From an uncultured Planctomycetales bacterium (GTDB lineage Bacteria; Planctomycetota; UBA1135), in the NCBI GenBank assembly GCA_964344765.1, contig CAYFOM010000019.1:17879-81878 (forward strand): a stretch of 64,000 bases of DNA, in the 5' to 3' direction. Position 1 is the first letter of the stretch, and each line of letters begins with the position of its first letter. This document shows, in pieces, positions 62,831-64,000 of this stretch. Position numbers and translations under genes: made by a program. The notes below the pieces were generated by a model. It worked only from the letters and a program-made list of their open reading frames with translations. It searched no databases and had not been told where the DNA came from.

Positions 62831-64000
62831 CTAGGGGACGAATTCCAATCGCAATACGGCGGAGCTATACCTCGGCATACCGCCTTGTGGAAATGCCACG
62901 GCTGCAAGGTAGCAAGTGGTTCCGATGGCACTGGAGTAAAACCCTGTGGGCGCACCGAAGGAAGCCGTGGCCTTGGCGTTTAAATCCAATACTCCATGCA
63001 TATCGGTGGAGTGGGTAGCAGCGTAAAGGCCGCGGATACTGCGATGAGTTTGGCGGTCCCAGGTCAATGGAATCTTCACCCCCATTTCAAAAGGACCTAT
63101 GCCAGTACTGGAAACCAATACCCGGTATGAGTAATGCGCGGCTTCTTCTGGGAAGGAAAGGTATAACTCTACATTCGATGCTGCCATTGCCGGAATCTGT
63201 TGTTGAGACGAAGTCAGGTATGGCAGGTAATCAAGCAGCACAACAGTTCCCGCAGCGTGATCTCCACCGACCTCGGCATAGTAGGAAGCGGCCAACAGTT
63301 CAGCTCGACCATCACCATCAATATCACCTGCAGATGCCACTGCATTGCCAAAATAACCATGCTCCTTAGTGCCGGAGAAGGTGTGCAAGAGCGATCCATT
63401 GGCACCTGAATAAATGCGAACCTCTCCGGATTCAGCAATCCCATTTGCATTGGCATGGTCTGCGCCGATAAGTAAGTCTACAACTCCATCGCGATCCACA
63501 TCGCCGGCAGGGGCAACGGAACTGCCTAGCATCATGTAATACGCTTCACCTTCGAAGCGATAAATCAAGTCGCCAGTGGCGCCAGAATAAACTTCGGCGG
63601 CACCGCAATATTGCTTGTTGCCCACCGTTGCGTTGCGACCTCCCACGATGAAGTCGGCATAGCCATCTTGGTCGATATCACCCACCCCAGAAACATCTTC
63701 GCCACATTTTTTGAAAGCTAAACTGCCGATAACTTGATGGAGCAATGTCCCATCTAAACCGGAAAGTACGAACGCGGCCCCATCTTGCCCAGTGCCCATA
63801 CCTCCCTGACCAAAAAAGGTCGACCCAATGATGATGTCGTCAAAACCATCTTGATTGACGTCGCCAAGTCCAGCGACGGAGTCACCGAAATAATCGATTT
63901 CGTCACCTCCAAAATCGAAGGTCCGATGAACGCGTATCAGTGTGCCATCGGCACCGGAATAAAGATAGGCGCCTCCCCCACTGGTGGAAATTCCAAAGCC
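62831..64000 (-). CDS. FG-GAP (integrin-alpha/VCBS-like) repeat protein, partial (5' end beyond the window)
   Basis: Repeats GDIDQDGYADFIVGG, GDVDRDGVVDLLIGA and GDIDGDGRAELLAAS. My translation upstream of the track start (63799) stays open to 64000 (...GDVNQDGFDDIIIGSTFFGQGG-MGTGQDG...). Confidence 0.75.
   Translation of the reverse strand, partial: GFGISTSGGGAYLYSGADGTLIRVHRTFDFGGDEIDYFGDSVAGLGDVNQDGFDDIIIGSTFFGQGGMGTGQDGAAFVLSGLDGTLLHQVIGSLAFKKCGEDVSGVGDIDQDGYADFIVGGRNATVGNKQYCGAAEVYSGATGDLIYRFEGEAYYMMLGSSVAPAGDVDRDGVVDLLIGADHANANGIAESGEVRIYSGANGSLLHTFSGTKEHGYFGNAVASAGDIDGDGRAELLAASYYAEVGGDHAAGTVVLLDYLPYLTSSQQQIPAMAASNVELYLSFPEEAAHYSYRVLVSSTGIGPFEMGVKIPLTWDRQTHRSIRGLYAATHSTDMHGVLDLNAKATASFGAPTGFYSSAIGTTCYLAAVAFPQGGMPRYSSAVLRLEFVP

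Overview
Hand analysis only: no BLAST, HMM, folding or statistics were run, and every family call rests on motifs I could read. The window is a 64-kb, fairly high-G+C chromosomal segment from a diderm bacterium, shown by LptB, an OprO/P-type porin and small OM beta-barrel lipoproteins. The gene content hints at a Planctomycetota-like origin (giant Gly-rich lipoproteins, a Cys-rich repeat protein, DUF1565-like, FG-GAP and PD40 secreted proteins, a SMUG1-type UDG), but that is inference only. I can support about 60 protein genes and 2 tRNAs (Gly-GCC, Pro-GGG). I saw no rRNA, CRISPR array, transposase or integrase. The housekeeping backbone is plsY, ferredoxin, a DHH phosphoesterase, purB, nadC, ruvC, ispD/ispF, SMUG1-xth, glpK, queD, argS, apt, a FliA-type sigma factor, birA, rph, rdgB, lepA, lepB, lptB and etfB/etfA. 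Most worth a second look: (1) an in-frame TGA between a signal peptide and a CxxC thioredoxin-like domain, followed by a SECIS-like hairpin. (2) A low-G+C 1.85-kb insertion carrying an HExxH protein, bounded by two copies of the etfA 3' end that differ only at synonymous sites. (3) A 13-kb locus of six tightly packed genes (beta-helix protein, porin, kinase-like protein, ABC protein, hybrid histidine kinase, sigma-54 activator). It ends in two perfect palindromes plus a near-consensus sigma-54 promoter, which drives a nucleotidyltransferase, a TagF-like glycerophosphotransferase and a PD40 propeller gene. (4) Two tandem ~1,220-aa paralogous Gly-rich lipoproteins, each with its own sigma-54-like -24/-12 element. 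(5) A 523-aa protein built from Cys-x6 repeats with a His-rich, coiled-coil tail. (6) A 1-nt frameshift splitting a GH29 fucosidase from its C-terminal binding module. Many long ORFs in the track are antisense artefacts of high G+C and were rejected.
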